From a bacterium (GTDB lineage: Bacteria > Sysuimicrobiota > Sysuimicrobiia > Sysuimicrobiales > Kaftiobacteriaceae), in contig JBIOWP010000027.1 of the NCBI GenBank assembly GCA_044868695.1, forward strand, positions 1 through 40,624: 40,624 nt of DNA, read 5' to 3'. Shown here one piece after another: positions 36,655 through 40,624 of this stretch (within the stretch, counting starts at the first letter, position 1; each line of letters starts with the position of its first letter). Both the position numbers and the translations under genes were made by a program. Under the pieces are notes generated by a model. That model did not search any database. It saw only the letters and a program-made list of their open reading frames with translations, and was not told the DNA's origin.

Positions 36655-38048
36655 CCCGCCATCTTCGCTTCGATCTCGCCGAGTAGCCGTGCCCGGAGGT
36701 GCTCCAGGGGAATGCGGTCTAGTAGTTCTGCGAAGAACCCCTCCACGACCATCCGCACCGCCTGAGCACGGCTCAACCCGCGGCTCATCAGGTAGAACAG
36801 GTGCTCGTCGTTGAGACGGCTGGTGGCGGATCCGTGGGTGCAGCGCAGGTCGTTCGCCATGATTTCCAGGTTGGGAATGGAATCCGCCTTCGCACCCTCG
36901 GACAGAATCAGGTTCCGGTTGGCCTGGAACGCGTTGGTTTTCTGCGCACCGGGATGCACGCGGATCATCCCTGAAAAGACGCTCCGCGAGCGATCCTTCA
37001 CCGCGTTCTTGTAGAGCAGGTCGGACAGTGTGTGCGGCGCACGGTGCTCCTGCAGCGTGTGCAGGTCGACATGCTGCCGGGCGTCGCCGAACACCAACCC
37101 GAGCATCTCCGACGTCGCGCCGGGTCCGTCCAGGATGGACTCCACATTGGTCTTGCTTACCTTGCCCCCGAGGGTGGCCAGCAGGCTGCGCAGCGTGGCG
37201 TCCCGTGCGAGGACGGAGCGGATGATGCCGACCTCGACGACGTTGCGTCCCCACTCCACTAGCGTCACCAGGCGCACTTGCGCGCCGTCGCCGAGGATCA
37301 GCTCGGTCACGGGATCGGCAAACGCTTGGCCCTCGACGCGCTCGGGCCACCCCGGAGGCTTCGCGCCGTTGGGCCACCCTGAGCGTGTCGAAGGGTGCCA
37401 CTCCTCGGTGGGAGAGGCGGCGGCCGTGATCACCGTCACCGTGCTGCCCTTGCCGGCAAGAACCAGGAGATGCGGGAATACCGCGACCCCGTCGGCGTCG
37501 ATCCACGTCAGCGACACCAGGGGCTGCGCGACCTCGACACCGTCGGGGACGTACACCACCGCGCCCCCGCTCCACAGCGCGCCGTGCAGCGCGCGAAACC
37601 GCGACTCGTCGGGGTGGACACAGGTCGTCATGAAGTGCGTGCGGATCAGTTCGGGGTGCGCCCGGAGCGCGGCGTGCAGGTCCGCAAAGATGACCCCGCG
37701 CCGGGCGGGCTCCGCGTCCAGCTGCGACCGGACCGTCTGGGAATTGTGCTGCACCAGCACCCCCGCCGCCTGAGGCCACCCGTCGATCATCTGCTGGAGA
37801 CCGGGCGGAAACGGACCCGGCGGCGCCTCGGCAAACGGCCGGACCCCCTTCAGCTGGAACGCGGCGGGATCCGTGCGGCGCCACTCCTCGTCCGTAGGGA
37901 CCGGAGCCGGCAGCCGCTCGAACGCCTCCCAGGCCGCCAGGCGGAATTCCCGCATCCACGCGGGCTCGTCCTGGCGGTCCGAGAGCGCCAGCACCGCCTC
38001 GCGCGTGAACGGTCCGGTCCTCGCGATGTGTGTGATCTGGTCAGGCAT
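36651..38048 (-). CDS. sufD: Fe-S cluster assembly protein SufD
   Basis: EEWRRTD, SRSVFSGMI, AFQANRNL, PNLEI, CTHGSAT, FYLMSRG; carries an in-frame insert. Confidence 0.93.
   Translation of the reverse strand: MPDQITHIARTGPFTREAVLALSDRQDEPAWMREFRLAAWEAFERLPAPVPTDEEWRRTDPAAFQLKGVRPFAEAPPGPFPPGLQQMIDGWPQAAGVLVQHNSQTVRSQLDAEPARRGVIFADLHAALRAHPELIRTHFMTTCVHPDESRFRALHGALWSGGAVVYVPDGVEVAQPLVSLTWIDADGVAVFPHLLVLAGKGSTVTVITAAASPTEEWHPSTRSGWPNGAKPPGWPERVEGQAFADPVTELILGDGAQVRLVTLVEWGRNVVEVGIIRSVLARDATLRSLLATLGGKVSKTNVESILDGPGATSEMLGLVFGDARQHVDLHTLQEHRAPHTLSDLLYKNAVKDRSRSVFSGMIRVHPGAQKTNAFQANRNLILSEGAKADSIPNLEIMANDLRCTHGSATSRLNDEHLFYLMSRGLSRAQAVRMVVEGFFAELLDRIPLEHLRARLLGEIEAKMAG
37327..37400. repeat. 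Palindromic REP-like element inserted in frame in sufD
   Basis: Arms CCCTCGACGCGCTCGGG (37330-37346) and CCCTGAGCGTGTCGAAGGG (37377-37395); flanks TGGC/GCCA; internal direct repeat GGGCCACCC. Confidence 0.7.
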
Positions 38049-38123
38049 ATCGTCCTCTGACAACAAAGCGGGGCCGGCTGCGCCGCGGCGGCCGGGCCCC
38101 GGACGGGCACTCGCCGGGCAGGC

Positions 38124-39530
38124 CTATCCGACCGAGCCTTCCATTTCGAGCGCAATGAGCCGGTTGAGCTCGACCGCGTACTCCAGCGGCAGCTCTTTGA
38201 CGATGGGCTCCACAAACCCGCGGACGATCATGTTCATCGCCTCGTCCGCCTTCATCCCGCGGCTCATCAGGTAGAACAGCTGCTCGTCGGACACCTTGGA
38301 GACCGTGGCTTCGTGCGTGATGCTGACGTCCTGCTCGTCGATCTCCATCGTCGGGTAGGTATCGCTGCGGCTCGCTTCGTCGAGGATCAGGGCGTCGCAC
38401 CGCACCGCCGATTTGCTCCCCGTCGCCCCGGGGTAGATCTTGACCAGTCCGCGGTACCCCGCCCGGCCCCCGTCCTTGGCGATCGACTTGCTGACGATGA
38501 CGGACTGGGTGTGCGGTGCCGCGTGAATGACCTTCCCGCCGGGATCCTGATGCTGCCCCCGTCCGGCGAAGGCCACGGAGAGGATCTCCGCCTTGGCGCC
38601 GGGTTCGACCATGAAGACGCTGGGGTACTTCATGGTGATCTTGGACCCCAAGTTGCCGTCGACCCACTCCATCGTGGCGTCGCGGTAGGCGACGGCGCGC
38701 TTGGTGACCAGGTTGTACGTATTGGTCGACCAGTTTTGAATCGTCGTGTAGCGGCAGCGCGCGCCTTCCTTCACGATGATCTCCACCACCGCGCTGTGCA
38801 GCGAGTCGGTGGTGTAGATCGGGGCCGTGCATCCTTCCACGTAATGCACGTACGACCCGGGCTCGCAGATGATCAGCGTGCGCTCGAACTGCCCCATGTT
38901 CTGGGCGTTGATGCGGAAGTAGGCCTGCAGAGGGATGTCCACATGCACGCCCGCAGGGACGTAGACGAACGACCCGCCGGACCAGACGGCCGAATTCAGC
39001 GCGGCCAGTTTGTTATCTTCCGGCGGGACGACGGTGCCGAAGTACTCACGCACGATATCGGGATGCTCCCGCAGCGCCGAGTCGGTGTCGAGGAAGATGA
39101 CGCCGAGCTTCTCCCACTCCTCCTTGAGGTTGTGGTAGACAGACTCACTCTCGTACTGCGCGCCCGCTCCGGCCAGAAACTTCCGCTCGGCCTCCGGGAT
39201 CCCCAGTTTTTCGAAGGTGTTCTTGATGTTCTCGGGGACTTCGTCCCAGCTGCGTTCCTTCTTCTCCGTCGGCTTCAAATAGTAGTAAATGTCGTTGAAG
39301 TCGATCTGCAGGAGGTTGGCGCCCCAGGTCGGCATCGGCCGCTGCTGGAAGTGCTCCAGCGAATGCAGCCGGTACGCCCGCATCCACTCGGGCTCGTTCT
39401 TCATGGAGGAGATCATCTCCACGATCTCGCGGTCCAGCCCCTTGCGGGACTTGTACACGTATTTCTCGGGATCGTGGAAGCCCCACTTGTATTTGTCGAG
39501 ATCGATGCCCAGCTGGTTGGTGACTGCCAT
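38124..39530 (-). CDS. sufB: Fe-S cluster assembly protein SufB
   Basis: [54 protein letters not shown]; no intein. Confidence 0.97.
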   Translation of the reverse strand: MAVTNQLGIDLDKYKWGFHDPEKYVYKSRKGLDREIVEMISSMKNEPEWMRAYRLHSLEHFQQRPMPTWGANLLQIDFNDIYYYLKPTEKKERSWDEVPENIKNTFEKLGIPEAERKFLAGAGAQYESESVYHNLKEEWEKLGVIFLDTDSALREHPDIVREYFGTVVPPEDNKLAALNSAVWSGGSFVYVPAGVHVDIPLQAYFRINAQNMGQFERTLIICEPGSYVHYVEGCTAPIYTTDSLHSAVVEIIVKEGARCRYTTIQNWSTNTYNLVTKRAVAYRDATMEWVDGNLGSKITMKYPSVFMVEPGAKAEILSVAFAGRGQHQDPGGKVIHAAPHTQSVIVSKSIAKDGGRAGYRGLVKIYPGATGSKSAVRCDALILDEASRSDTYPTMEIDEQDVSITHEATVSKVSDEQLFYLMSRGMKADEAMNMIVRGFVEPIVKELPLEYAVELNRLIALEMEGSVG

Positions 39531-39550
39531 CAGCGCACACCCTCCACTGT

Positions 39551-40381
39551 CTAGTGGGCCACCCAAAATACTTTTCCGGCGCGGCGGACGGCCCCCTCAG
39601 CCTGGACTTCCGACGCGATCACTTCGAATTGCGCCTTGATACCTTCGTAGCCGGCCTGCTCGAGCTCCTCGGCCAGCTCCGGACCGCCCGAGACCACGAA
39701 GCGCCCGTCGAACATGACGTGCACGTACGACGGCTTGATGAAGTGCAGGATGCGCGAGTAGTGCGTAATGAGCAGGATGCCCATCGACCCCTTGGCCTGC
39801 GCGATCATCCGGTTGACGCCTTCGGCCACGACCTTGACCGAGTCGATGTCGAGCCCGGAGTCGGTCTCGTCCATGATGGCCACCTCCGGCTCCAGCATGG
39901 CCATCTGCAGGATCTCCGCACGCTTTTTTTCGCCGCCGGAGAACCCTTCGTTCACGTACCGGGAGACTATGGCCGGCTCGACCTTCAACTCCTCCATCTT
40001 CTGCTTGAGCAGCTTTTGGAACTCGCCGACCGGCATCAGCTCCTTGTCATAGCCCCGGCGGGCCGAGACGGCGGTGCGCAGGAAGCTGCTCATCGTCACC
40101 CCGGGGATGCTCACGGGGTACTGGAAGGCGATGAACAGCCCCTTGCGCGCGCGCGCGTCGGGGGACATCGCCAGCAAGTCCTCTCCTTTATAGAGGACTT
40201 CGCCCTTCACCACCTGGTAGAACGGGTTGCCCATCAAGACGTTGGCCAGGGTGGACTTGCCTGAGCCGTTGGGTCCCATGAGGGCGTGGATCTCCCCCTT
40301 GTTGAGCGACAGGTTGGCCCCCTTGAGGATCACCTTGTCCTCAACCTGTACGGTCAGGTCTTTGATGTCCAGATCAGCCAT
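39551..40381 (-). CDS. sufC: Fe-S cluster assembly ATPase SufC
   Basis: [34 protein letters not shown]. Confidence 0.97.
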   Translation of the reverse strand: MADLDIKDLTVQVEDKVILKGANLSLNKGEIHALMGPNGSGKSTLANVLMGNPFYQVVKGEVLYKGEDLLAMSPDARARKGLFIAFQYPVSIPGVTMSSFLRTAVSARRGYDKELMPVGEFQKLLKQKMEELKVEPAIVSRYVNEGFSGGEKKRAEILQMAMLEPEVAIMDETDSGLDIDSVKVVAEGVNRMIAQAKGSMGILLITHYSRILHFIKPSYVHVMFDGRFVVSGGPELAEELEQAGYEGIKAQFEVIASEVQAEGAVRRAGKVFWVAH

Positions 40382-40420
40382 CACACCCTCGCAACGCCTT
40401 GATGATGGCGGGTAAAATTC

Positions 40421-40483
40421 TCGACTAATTTGGTCAACAACTCAGTCCAGGTTCATTGTGGCACGGCGCCATAAGCGTGTCAA
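40421..40483 (-). promoter_or_regulatory. suf promoter with downstream IscR/Rrf2-type operator
   Basis: TTGACA (40478-40483)-N17-CACAAT (40455-40460); imperfect palindrome TCGACTAATTTGGTCAA (40421-40437). Confidence 0.72.
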
Positions 40484-40624
40484 GGAAGGGTGGAAACCAG
40501 TAGTGGTTCAGTCTGGACTGTCATCCGTCTTCTGTTGGGCGAGTGGAAGGCCGCTCCGCTCTCGGGGCGGCTCACCCGCCGGGCGTAGCGCTCGGGCTCG
40601 CCAGCCACGATCGGCTGGGCTCAC

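Noticed and set aside
36298..37959. 553-aa ORF suggesting a large Rieske fusion protein
   Set aside because: Only the last 118 aa are Rieske-like; the rest is an off-frame overlap with sufD, and the ATG at 36654 couples to the sufD stop.
38068..38120. GC-rich stems between sufB and sufD as a terminator
   Set aside because: Imperfect stems inside an operon; cannot be distinguished from GC-rich background without data.
38124..39530. Intein in SufB
   Set aside because: Length is normal (468 aa) with no intein motifs.
35006..40264. Long plus-strand ORFs opposite sufS, sufB and sufC
   Set aside because: Antisense shadows with no independent evidence.

Overview
GC-rich bacterial chromosomal segment, almost entirely coded on the minus strand, from a diderm organism: it encodes BamA and TamB alongside Terrabacteria-style genes, so an Armatimonadota/CSP1-3-like lineage is plausible, but that is inference only. 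In transcription order (right to left) it holds: a suf Fe-S operon (sufC-sufB-sufD-Rieske ferredoxin-sufS-sufU) running into transketolase; a plus-strand ArsR-SRPBCC-VOC trio; a stand-alone nuoB-nuoD-nuoI-nuoC operon; an OmpR/HAMP-kinase two-component system followed by three sulfite-oxidase-family molybdoenzymes, a DM13 protein and a secreted RskA-C-like protein; a DUF2203-lpdA-E1a-E1b-E2-lipA 2-oxoacid dehydrogenase cluster, a four-helix-bundle gene, ridA and tRNA-Gln(UUG); and an envelope cluster (glmU-prs-wecA/tagO-wecB, secreted lysine-less lipoyl-fold protein, SpoIVB-like S55 peptidase, tamB, alternative sigma factor, single-TM protein, bamA). The most notable unannotated signals are: a recurring sigmaH-like promoter motif before three envelope-cluster genes including the sigma gene itself; 11-bp-period boxes at an identical distance from the -10 element before genes of the molybdoenzyme locus; dispersed 7-mer and 9-mer tandem repeats, two sets forming hairpins; and a palindromic element inserted in frame in sufD. 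No CRISPR array, prophage, integrase or transposase was seen. Start codons were chosen by eye and no database searches were run.
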